A DNA stretch of 63,610 bases, counting the filler, from Reticulomyxa filosa (taxonomy: Eukaryota > Protista > Foraminifera): assembly GCA_000512085.1 (NCBI GenBank). It is 8 parts of 8 records of this genome, joined end to end, with 100 filler letters (N's around TTAATTAATTAA, not from the genome) between each part and the next. Parts side by side here need not be neighbours in the genome. Positions count along the whole stretch, not along the records: positions 1 to 21,641 come from ASPP01010108.1; 7 more parts are not named here. The stretch is one strand, 5' to 3'. This document shows, piece by piece, positions 1 through 11,300 of this stretch. The translations under genes and the position numbers were made by a program. The notes beneath the pieces are model-generated. The model was not told where the DNA came from. It saw only the letters and a program-made list of their open reading frames with translations, and did not search any database. How positions within the stretch are numbered: the stretch's first letter is position 1; each line of letters begins with the position of its first letter.

Positions 1-630
1 TAAAATTTTTGTTAGAAACACAAAAAGTACATATTTTAGGTTTGGCTAATTTTCTTTTGTATCAACTGTACCACTTTTCAATGCAAACATATTGCTTTTG
101 TTCGGTTGAATACTGGACATTTGCTCGACTGCTTATGGCTTGCGCAGTTGCTTAGTCATGTCATCGTGACAGCATTTACTGTGTTGTGCTACTATTGCAG
201 ACAAACAGTGCCGATTGTCTAAGGACAGCATGTACATATTATACTATAAGATATTACATTGTCAATTCTGGATGGCCATTGATGGGTTAGCAGACTATAC
301 TATCACACTTGAATTAATCTGAAACAACTAGTCTTGCTCGAAAGAATTATGAAACGAAAAGTGTGTTAGCCTCTCGTTCACTTAAACTAATGTTATTGAA
401 AGTATGTTGCTGTTCAGTAATATGACTCAAATTGTTTAAATTTACACTAACGATTTCGTCAACATCATGTAGATAATGTTGTGGCTTCCACGGGGCTGTT
501 CTCATGATGGTTGCTCCAGTTTGCGACAGGTGACGACGGCACTGGAAAAATATATGGTGAGTGTATTTGTGTCATAATAAGGCTGTCGGTTGGTATGTGT
601 GAATGTGCATTTCTGGAGATTCACTTACAT

Positions 631-839
631 CATAAAATTACACATTATATATGATTTATTTTCTTCATGAAAACAACATTCACGCATATTTTTTTTTTGA
701 AAGATACCCATGAATCTTGTAGTAATAAAAAATTAAATTAAAAATCATATTTAAACCTGCAAGATTCGTTGATATCTCTAAAAAAAATGTTGTTTTTTCA
801 TGAAGAAAACCAATCATATGTATAATGTGTCATTTTATG
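631..839. mobile_element. Fold-back (MITE-like) element, ~210-bp imperfect palindrome
   Basis: Left arm 631-722 (cataaaattacacattatatatgatttattttcttcatgaaaacaacatt...tgaatcttgtag) aligns with the reverse complement of 757-839 (cataaaatgacacattatacatatgattggttttcttcatgaaaaaacaacatt...cgaatcttgcag). The AT-rich loop is ~35 nt. No clear TSD. Confidence 0.6.
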
Positions 840-1020
840 TTTCAATTTTCTTGCATACTGTATAAGCATTTAAATTTCATTTTTTTCTTATGTGCATTAT
901 ACGTTGACTGTAACCTCTCGTGGTGGCTGCCTATCGTTCATGCTTCGAAGTCGCTCCACACGTACGATAGCTTTAGTTAGTTTTTGTATAATTATTTTGT
1001 GTTATCGTTTTCTGCAATAG

Positions 1021-1587
1021 AATATAGCCGTCGTGACAGGTAGCAACTTGGATGTTACACTTTTACTGATGTTCTTTTTTTTCGCTTCCTTTTGCTTGTT
1101 TTTTTTCTTGATAACTCTTATCATCGTCTGGATAAAGAATGTTCATCCAAGGCCACAAGAGCGTAAGCGAGCAAGAAAAAAGCAAGAGAAAGTCCGAAAA
1201 ATCAAAAAAAGCGACGTCACAGACAAAGTCAGAGAAAAAGAAAAACGATGAAGTAAAGATATAAAACGAAGAGAATGAACAGTGCAAAGCAAAATTCGAA
1301 GTCGAAGTTGAAGTAGAATGAATAAGCATTCAGAAAAAGATGAAGACATAGAGAATAATAATCACAAGGATGACGGACAAGATGTAAAGACAAGCCAGGA
1401 CTTTGGAAAGTTTGATCCTCACTGAAGAAGAAGCAAAGCTTGCACATGGACTATGCGTGCATACAGGTGGGTTCCAAACCACTAAAGGACAACCAGGTGA
1501 TGAATCGAGTTCCATGATTGCAACGAGACTCAAAATCCGGACAGCATAGACAATATGAATCGCAGAGGTGTTCAACATGCCCTTAGT
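1021..1587 (+). pseudogene. Degenerate exon of a single-pass membrane protein (TM helix followed by charged tail)
   Basis: After an AG at ~1020 there is a hydrophobic helix (LLLMFFFFASFCLFFFLITLIIVW) and a K/R/E-rich tail. The charged coding-like sequence continues past 1251 in other frames with stops. Confidence 0.3.
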
Positions 1588-2364
1588 GCAATATTACCAG
1601 CCCCAGCCTACTACAACTTTTGCTTTGTCGTGTCATGCTTCCTTTTAATTTTACAACATGGTGGCAACTATAAGAAATACAATTCATTTTAAAAAAATTG
1701 CACTGATCGAATCAAAATCCAGTCTATCAATCTGAAAACAAAAAAAGATATTAAATGCTTTTTGTCATTTGAATGGGCGCTATTTTTTTCCAATGAGCAG
1801 CTTTAATTTCAATGCATTCGTTAAAATTTTTTTGTTTTTGAAATAGTATTCAAAAAATTCTTAATAAAATTTGAAAATACTTTTAAAAAAGTTGACAAAC
1901 AGCTGCCAACTTTTTTCCAAAAATTTACAAAAAGCAAAAGAAATTTTCGGATGTCAAATTTATCCATATGTTTCTTCGTGTCGTTTGATTTGCAATGTTG
2001 ATTGCTTGTAAATAAGAATTAATAAATAGAATGGTATTGAATTACTAAAACAAAATAGGTTGCGTGAAGGAAATGATTTTGTCAGTATTGGTATGACAGT
2101 ATCAGTAACGAAAGTTTATATGTTTTCCATCTGAAACATGCAAATTTTGTTTGTTACAGGTGACCGATGTAAAAGTGCAAATGATAAGTAAGTAAATAAT
2201 CAATATTTGTGTAAAGTTCAGCCAATATTTCATTTCAACAAGGTTGATGCCTTAAAGCATCATAAATTTTGAGCATTACAATTTAACAAACATAACAAAT
2301 TGTTCGATATAGTTCCTTGTGGCACATTTTATGAAAGAAAGCACACTAAAGTAAAAATATTCCT

Positions 2365-4860
2365 TCACATTTTCCGAATTCTCTTTGGTGGAGACTCAAT
2401 ATATTTGTTCCTTGTGTTCATCTCAATGTTGGCAGTATCACCAAATACAATAATATCTTTGCTCGCAGTATACTCATCCTCGTTTACGTTATATTGGGTA
2501 TTTTGCATTGCTGTGAAAGTTCGCTTTTTTCCAACCATTTCATAGCCGCATGTACAAGTATTGTTCGAGTGATCGTTTTTGACACAGACGGAACTCTTGT
2601 TCGTTCGAGATTTCAATGTATGAGAGATAAGATGTGGGTTAAATTTATTGTTGTTTAGATGAAAATCAAATATGTGTGTGTTCTCTTTGATACTCTGATC
2701 TTCGAATGACGGGTTGAATCTATTGGTTTGCATTGAGCCAAGGGTGCTTACTGAAGCTTGTGCGACTGGCTGTTCATTCTTGAAATCGGTTTCTTGTTGT
2801 AGACATTTGGTCAAAATATTATCCAAAATATTAATGTAAAGTTCATACAATGGTAAATCGAAGTAAGACAGTTCGTTAATGAGCTTCAGCATGCAAGTAA
2901 ATTCCATCGGCATGTTCTTGCACAATTCTTGCACGGTTATCATATTTTTATGCATGCCTATGCTCTTGTTTCTCTCCTTTCCCTATATTGAATGACAAAG
3001 AAATCATTAATTTTTTAAAACACATAATTACTTCTTTGCGACTGTAAGAAAATAAAGAAATGAGAGCAAAACACAACAGTGTAGATATCAGCCCATGGAA
3101 GGGTCCCATCGTGCAAATATAGCAACACATACATCAATGATAACAGATCATCTCTTCGTGATAACGATGCTATTGTTTTTTTTTACAGAGAGGCAAAATA
3201 AAAGTTAAGGTTCCGGTACCCTTCTGCGTTTATGTTTTTTGCGATGCAAACAATTGAATACTCTCAAGTTACATACCACATTTTCGATGTGCACGTTTAG
3301 AACAATAGCGTGGAGTTCCAACAACATCACTGTCAATTGATGTGGAGCGCGAATATGGTCTATGCAAACCATCTGCAGTCATAAACGATTCCGACAGTCC
3401 AAAGTCGATCAAATAAACTGCACATCCTTCTTTCATCAACGACTCTAAGTTGCACCCATATCTTAACATTATATTGCGTGGAGCAATATCTTTGTTATCA
3501 CAAACAATACAGAAAAAAGTCATTCACTGCACCAGAATATAAAGAGATTTCCTTTTTTTTTTTGGTTTGTTTAAAAGTTTAAATGAACACTTTTTTTTTT
3601 GTGAGCATGGCTCCAGTGCATGCTCTCCTCAAAAACCTTTCTTGAAAAAGAACATTCAGCAAAAAAAGGTAACTCCTTTTTTTCGATAGAACCACTACCC
3701 TATACGCACTTAGACAATTGAAGCAAAAGCATACCTCTGTGCAAAGCACCGATTTTGTGTATTTGCTGCAAACATTGAATCATATACTTTCCAATGGCAC
3801 AAACATATTTCAATTTCATTCCATTTGGATATTGTTTATCCTTGACACTTTCTAGGCATTCCCCAAGTTTTTCCATAAACTGTTATACCAAGAAAATACA
3901 CTGGATGTGAATAAACAAAAACAGAAACAGAATACAGTGCATTAAAAAAAACATAAAAACAAAAGGATCATAGCATACCATAATATGATGCCATTTTTCG
4001 TTAATTTGAGCTTGCGCAATTTCAAATACTTTGGGAAATTTACGAGACTTCAAGGCGTTCAATTTTTGATACATTGTAAATTCTTTCACCAATTGCTTTG
4101 TCTCTGAACATTCCTATGTAAAACAACGCGTAATTTGTTGAATTGGCTCTGTCACGTCATTAATGAATTGTTGTTATTGTGTGTTGTTTGTGTTTGTTTG
4201 TTGGTCTTGGAAGAGAAAAAAAAGTGGTTGTTGTTGATCGTTTTCGTGTCAACGTGTTTCAAGCTCAACCAATCAAAAACAGAAAAAATATCACTTTGCT
4301 GAGAGCAACGCATGTGTGTTGCTAGCATATTACACTTAACAATTTTGCAAGCAACACGCACATTCGATCTAGGAAAGTTGTGCGCAACCGCTGTATTTTT
4401 TTTTCCCCCAAATCAAACATCACTTATTATGTAACAGCAAACAACAGTTGCTTATTCGACCACATACCGTCGTAAACCATGCCGAAAGCTCTATTTTCAA
4501 TAACACAATGAAGAAACAACATCACAGGAGATGTTTCAAAAAACAAAAAAAAAGGGGGGAAAAAACGTCTTTTCAGAAAAATGATATCCTCATTTCAGAT
4601 GTCAAGACAAAAAAAATTATAAGATTTTCTTTTGTTGCACATTTTTTCAATTACTCCAACTCTTTTGCATTTTTAACACATAAAACATACCCTTCTCCAA
4701 TCACATTGCCAATCGCATAGGAGTGTCCGTTTTGAGTTACGACGCGCTTGTGCGTTAGTATTTCCAGTCGTGGTTTTTTTTTCCGCTCACAGTTATTGAA
4801 TTTTGATCGTGGAATAAAATTTGTTTGTTTGTTGTCAACCACTTCACTAGCAGTAGAGGT
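2365..4860 (-). CDS. Casein kinase 1 superfamily (CK1/TTBK/VRK-like) protein kinase, multi-exon; 5' end uncertain
   Basis: Spliced motifs in order: IGEG|AFGMVY, RVACKIV, MEKLGECL, HR|DIAPRN, VYLIDFGLS, VGTPRYCSKRAH, SRRDDLLSLMY, GTLPW, PMEF. GTxRY, SRRDD and LPW are CK1 hallmarks. GT-AG introns were identified. Confidence 0.85.
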
Positions 4861-5423
4861 TGTTGGTGATTTTGAATCTATCGTTTTTTTGTGTTACATT
4901 CTATCCTAAAATAGATACCAAAAAAATCCAATACTATCAACTAACTTGATAACATATGGAGCATGATCTTTTCAAGAGATAAATTTGGGCAGTGAATTAA
5001 ATTTTGTTTGTGTGTCTCGAAACTGGAAGAGAGCGAGAGTTTTTTCCTAACAAGCCCACAACATAAAGAATGGATTTTCTTTTTGTTAAAAAAGATTATC
5101 AGACATTCTTTTTTTTCACTGAATTCACCATTTGCTGAAGGATTCTGCTAAATTAATCACTTTTTACATTTTCTTCAAAAAACAACTAATTTCTATTTGT
5201 GACCTACAAAAGTATATTCAACTTAAAGAATTTGAAATTAAAAGAAAATAACATGACAATTGCCCAACAAATTCGAATACTGAAATCTGTCATTGTGTAA
5301 AACACGGTGTTAAAGAGGCAACAGTAAACAGTAAAAAACACTGATAGATAAAAAATGTTACCATTTGTTCTCGTCATTTGCTAGACAAAATTTGAAAAGC
5401 AAATATAAAATAAAAATAAAGAA

Positions 5424-7691
5424 ATGGCAGTTGAGCCGAAAAAGATTGTGAAAGTAGAACATTCAGATATTGTGTTTGTTTGGGTAGTGCTGTCGTTCCA
5501 CATACTTGCAGGAATAGTATCTTTACTATGGACAATAAGATATATGCGAAGAACAAAAAGTGAGAGAGGAAAAATGAAAACTGGGAATTCCAAAGCGAAT
5601 GAGTTTTTAATCCGTCGGCGTCCACGCATAGTGATAGTATTTTTGTGGTTTTGTTGGTCGCACGTGTTAATATTTCGCCCTTTGCAAATTTTTTTTCAAT
5701 ACACAGACAATGAATCCAGTGTATACCGTTCATTTTTATGGGGCTTTTCTGCATTTGGTCTCGCCTACACTTTTGTCTTAAGGTTTTGCAAAAAAAAAAT
5801 TTTAATGTATATAATTTACGTACATTCAATGCATGACCAACAAACAAACAAATATGAAAATGAGAAAACCTGTAGAACTTGGATGTTGTATTTCGACCAA
5901 CGCCTGCAATACGCACAGCGCAGTTTAGGTTGGAAAAAAGAGTTGGTTAGCGACGCAGAAAATAACTGGTTTATAAAAAATCGCAACACTTTTGGCAAAC
6001 CAATTTGGTTGATTTTATATTTCTTCACTCCCCTTTGGTTAATTTCCACTGTTCTTGTTACGTTAAGCAAGTTTTTCGTTTTTTTTTTTTTTTTTGAAGA
6101 GGGGGCAAAAAAAAAAATACCTTCACATGATACGTATACACATGACTTGACTGAACCGAATGGGGATGATGGTAAAATTTTAGGGCGACACCTTCCTTTG
6201 GTAACTCGACGACAAATTTTGCAGTAGATTCAGCGTGCTTGCTTGTGCCAGTACTGCTAACGTTGATAATATGGAGTCAAATACCAAAATGGAACGATCG
6301 ATTTTTAATAAAAATGGAGATTAAATACTCTATGTATGTAGCCTTTGCTGGACTGGTGGTTTATGCTGCTGTCATTTATTTCATTCCCTCGGCCAGTCGG
6401 GCGCTGTTTTTGACCTTTCTTTTTTCCGCTGTGGTTTTTATTGGTGCTATGATTTCATCCGCGTATATCCTGTATTTATCAGGTTTGCTTGTTTTTATAT
6501 TTATTTATTCGAGATAAATGTATGTTATTGTCAATCTTAGACCAAGAAACTCAAGAAACGGAGCTGGATCCAACCGAAGATGAATTTGTTGATCTTGTAG
6601 AATTATTGCGAACCAGTGCAACATGTCACAAAAAAAAAAACATGCTTCCAAAAAAAAAACTTTCTCCTCGCCTTCTTTTTAATATGCTTTTTGTATTGTG
6701 ATAAAACATAGTGGAGATGTTCATGGATCATTTACAAAAAGAGTTTTCCACAGGTAACTTTTGTTGTTGTTGTTGTTTTTTCAATGGGCTTTTTTTGTGA
6801 TCAAATTGAACAGAAAACTTGCTATTTTTGATTGAATTCATGGAATATAAAAAAAGTTTTGTGAAAAAGTTGAGTTCTCTCTCTTTTTTGAATCTTGTCA
6901 TTATTGTTGCGTGTAATTTGTTTGTACTTGGTTGTGCACGATCGAAGTGGTGAGGAAATACAAGGATTTTCAGTAGATTTGGCAGATGAATTGTCTGCAG
7001 AACTGCTTCGTGGAATTGATGATCCTTTAGACAAAGCGAAACATATTTGGGACAAATACTTTGCGCAAGTATGTGATATGCAGTTGCTTTGTTACTGTTT
7101 CGTTGATCATCATAAACACATATTTCAACTTGGTTTGCTTTGTGTTCATCTATGGACTCAAGACTGCACCTTTGTCATTAAATGTTTCTCATGGAGTACG
7201 TAAACGTCTAAAAACTTACTTTGAACTCGGTTTTTTACAAGACACTCCAATGATTAGAAGCGCGTTACCGTGCGTGTTTGATGAAGCTGGGCAAGGAATA
7301 TTATCACTGCTGCAGGATTCCTATACCAGATTTGTTGCAACTCCAGTTGATCTTTTTTTTTTGTCCATATTGACGGCTGGATTCCGACAAAATTCAGAGG
7401 GCAAACAAGAAATTAGAAAATAGTTTGAACAGAAAAGTAGCTCCAGTCTTCAATGTGTATGCTTGATAGGAATATTTGGATGTACGTCGTATATTACAAA
7501 AAATGAAAAATAAAACGCCTAGTTTTTATGACAAATTAAAAATGAGTCGTTCAAGTCTGGAGAGATCATCGATATTAGGATCTCGGCGTTCAAATTCAAA
7601 ATTGAACATTTTGGAAATGTTTCAAGGATCCAAAGAAAACCAAAACAATATCGTATCACAAGATTCCACTAACACTCCCACAGAAAATTAA
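5424..7691 (+). CDS. 7TM-RGS protein (seven TM helices followed by a regulator of G-protein signalling domain), multi-exon
   Basis: Seven hydrophobic segments lie in 5424-6481. The spliced RGS box follows: LEMFMDHLQKEFST|ENLLFLIEFMEYKK...KAKHIWDKYF...APLSLNVSHGVRKRL...VFDEAGQGILSLLQDSYTRF. Confidence 0.85.
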
Positions 7692-8323
7692 GAGACACAT
7701 TCTTCACTCAAATTTAACATTCACAAAATTGAAAATATTGTTAAAAGCAGTCAAAAATTGAACAGTCTGCTGGTCTTCGTTGTTTTGTTGTTCATTTTTG
7801 TTGGAGGAGATGAACCAAAAATTGTGAAATTCTACTCCACATATATGCCAGTTTTGGTTTTTTCAAACATTTCACTGGGTGAGGATTGTTTGAATTTGAA
7901 TGTTACTTTGCAACAAAATTTCAAGGGATGTCATAAGTATTTTTCTTTCGTTTTTCATTGCCCTGACAAAATACAATTACCAATGTACTCTCGAGATTAT
8001 TCACCAAATTGTAAACTGAACCTTTTAGAAATTTTTGCAAAATGCTTTCTTTAAGAACTACCAAAAAATCATTCAAATATTTATTATGATTTATTCCGTG
8101 TACACAATTTTTTGATATTTATTGTAACGACTGTTAATACTTCTCAGATTGAAATTTAGTTTTGGCTGAACATCAAAAAAAAAATTATTTGAAGTAATTT
8201 TTTCAGAGGCAGTTCAATCGAGAAGAATATTTGGAACACAGAACGTTTGTTTGCCATCTTATTCGAATAATTTTCTGTACATTCTCAGAACTACCAAAAT
8301 TGGAAAAATGATACAAGCCTCTT

Positions 8324-11300
8324 TTATATGTTTGATCCTACGCGTATTAATGTGTTTCCAGTTTTGCTTTTTGTCGTTTTGTAAGTAGATATAGTATCAC
8401 CAGTTGAAATAGTGCTTCCAGCCATGCCAGAACCGCTGCTAGACATTTGAGATTGCTCTGAAGGTGATGCGACCTTTTTAACTTCTTCAGAGTGGAACCA
8501 TATCATGTAGTACTTTCGCCAAAATAGAAATGCCAACACAGCCTCTAATGCGATCCAAGAAGCAATTCCTCCGAGCACCTGTTTTGCTTCAGGTGGGACA
8601 GATGTAATGACACTAACTGGAACCATAAACAACATTATCAAAGCTAACGTGTAAATAGAAGCTCCCAGCCAAAATGATTCATTAAAGTTTTTGGGAACAT
8701 CTTTTACACCAATGGCCAATCGAACAAGCCATAAAAGGATACCAAGACCACATACCAAACTTACAGTCAAAAAGATATTGTCTAAAGAACAATATTCTTT
8801 GTTGTTGCCATTCGATTCGACCTCCCATTTTGTCCACTTTGTTTGAACCAAGGTCCATGCCAACAAATATGCAAAAACGATTACCGAAGGAGTGACAATG
8901 AAAAACAAAGCCAATCTCGTTGTAGTGAAATTGAATCGTTGAAGAGATTTTCTTGCAGTGTAGAAAATCATATAAATTCTCCAAGTTTTGCCGGTGATAG
9001 GTGCCATAATATAGACAAAGGAGAAATGTAACAACCATGCCAACAATTGACAAGGAACTTTCTGTGGCATAAACGGGAATAAAATAATGGATATACCGAG
9101 CAACAAACATCCTAGCAATATAACGGCCAAAAATGCTGGAGTGGCTCCACGTATAATCGGCGATTGAAGGTAATACCACATGAGGACCGCAGTAATCAAC
9201 ACAGAAACAATTCCAAGAACACCAAATGTGGTATTAATGCCAACGGTCCATGACTGTGGTGCATAAATGCCATTAGAAAATTGTAAAGTGAGAGTTTTGT
9301 TCAATGAATAAGGGGAAGTGAAGACAAGCATTTGCAAATTAAGCTGGACTTTTTTATGCCGGAAACTTTCGCCAGGGACAATAACAAAATCCAATGAGGC
9401 AGTTCCTTGGGAAAAGGTATTTTCATATTTGCCCACCAATTCAACATCTGCATTTAAAATAGATGCAGACAGTACTGTGGTTTGTTCTGTTTGAGTGACA
9501 ATTTGCCCATAAGCATCCAACAAAGTGCCTTGAATTTTGACGTGGCTTTTTTGATTGAAAGTGCTGTGAATATTGGTGCCATAATCCAATTTCAATTTTT
9601 GCGGTCCAGTGCCAGTGTTACTGCCAGATGAAGCAGCATTGTTGGAATATTTGCAATTGGCGTCGTTTGCCCCACAAAGCTTGCAAGCACTGTCATCATT
9701 AACAAATATTGCCCCACCACTGAAAGTCGCGGTATTTCCATTAAAATTTACGCCTTGAAAAGTAAAAGATGGACAAACATCCAGCCAAACACCACCCCCG
9801 TTGTCGGCAGTATTCTGTACAAAGGAGGTATTGGAAAGCTGAATCAAAGGAATATCGCAGCCCAAACCTCCGCCGTTGGTAGCAGTATTTTTAAAAAAAT
9901 TGGAGGCATAATCCGTAATCCAGCCATCAGTAACGTGGACACCTCCTCCTTCCATTTTGGCATTGTTGAATTTGAGTTGATTGGACACCATGCTGATGCT
10001 CCCCAATTGGATATCCAAAGCACCACCATTTACATAGGCCATATTTTTCGAAAACACATTGTTAGACAGGACAGCCAAAGGATTATCACCCCAGACAAAA
10101 AAGAAGAAGGAGCCGAGGAAGTGACGGCAACAGCACCACCACTGTCTGCTATATTGTCATGTATGGAGGAATTGGTAAGCGTGACATTCAGTCCCCACAT
10201 TGCTGCATGCGTGATATGAATCGCTCCGGCCAAAGTCACGGCTGTATTTTCCATAATGGTGCATGCATCCAATGTAATATTACCTCCAGTTATCGTCACA
10301 GCTCCACCTGAGCTACCCGCTACATTGTCCCGGAATGTGATTTTGTGCAAGTGATGAGAGCCACTGGAAATGTCAAGAATTGCGCCTCCTCCCGTCTGCG
10401 AGGCCGTGTTTTCCGAAATCGTGCTATTTCGCATTTCAAATTGACATCCATGGATGTATAGTCCTCCTCCCTGTTGGGCGCTGTTCTGTGTTATATGCGA
10501 CGCGAAAATATGGTTTTGATGCGACTTGCAAACGAAGCTGCCATCGCCGTCATACAAACATCCGCCATCAGACTTTGCCACGTTCGAGCGACAAGTGGTA
10601 TTTATGATATCGTAGTTTCCTTCGGCAATGTAGACGGCGCCGCCTTGCGACGAGGCAAAGTTCTTTTCAAACACGCAATCCCACAAGGATAAGCGTGAGG
10701 AGGGAGAATAATAGCCAATGGCGCCGCCTTGATCCGCCGAGTTGCTGGTAAAAGTGCAGCGACTAAACGTCAAATTCCCAGAGTTGTGAAAAACAGCCCC
10801 TCCCAATTTATCTCCAGTGTTATGTGTAAACACACAATCTTCGACGAAGATAAAATCATCCATTGTGGAGCTCATAGCAGATCCACCAAAAGGTCTAATT
10901 TCAATCATAATAAATCAACGAATGAATATATGGAAAAAAAAAAAAAAAACTCGTATATACACATACATATATGTGTGTATACGTATATATATATATATAA
11001 TAATTACCCGTGGTTATTAATGAATGTGGATTGACTAATAGTAGCATTCGCTGCACTGATGTGAAGACCAACGCCAAAACTGATGGCGGTGTCGGCGATG
11101 CGATTTGTTTTTAAGCAAAGCGTTTTGGACGGTGACGACGCCGGTGGTGACCAGATAGAAGGCTCCAAAGTCGATTCCGAAGGTGTCGACGGCGGTGCTG
11201 TCGTAAATAAAAGCAAAGTCGATGCCAGCGGCGAATATGCAGCCTCCAGGGCCCATGGTGAGATTACACGTCAATGCAGAGATGGTCATGACCTCAACGT

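Noticed and set aside
9700-10900. Bacterial contamination or a stand-alone Chlamydia Pmp autotransporter
   Set aside because: Contiguous with a spliceosomal intron and a eukaryotic class C 7TM, and no autotransporter beta-barrel is present. An ancient transfer of the repeat cannot be judged without a phylogeny.
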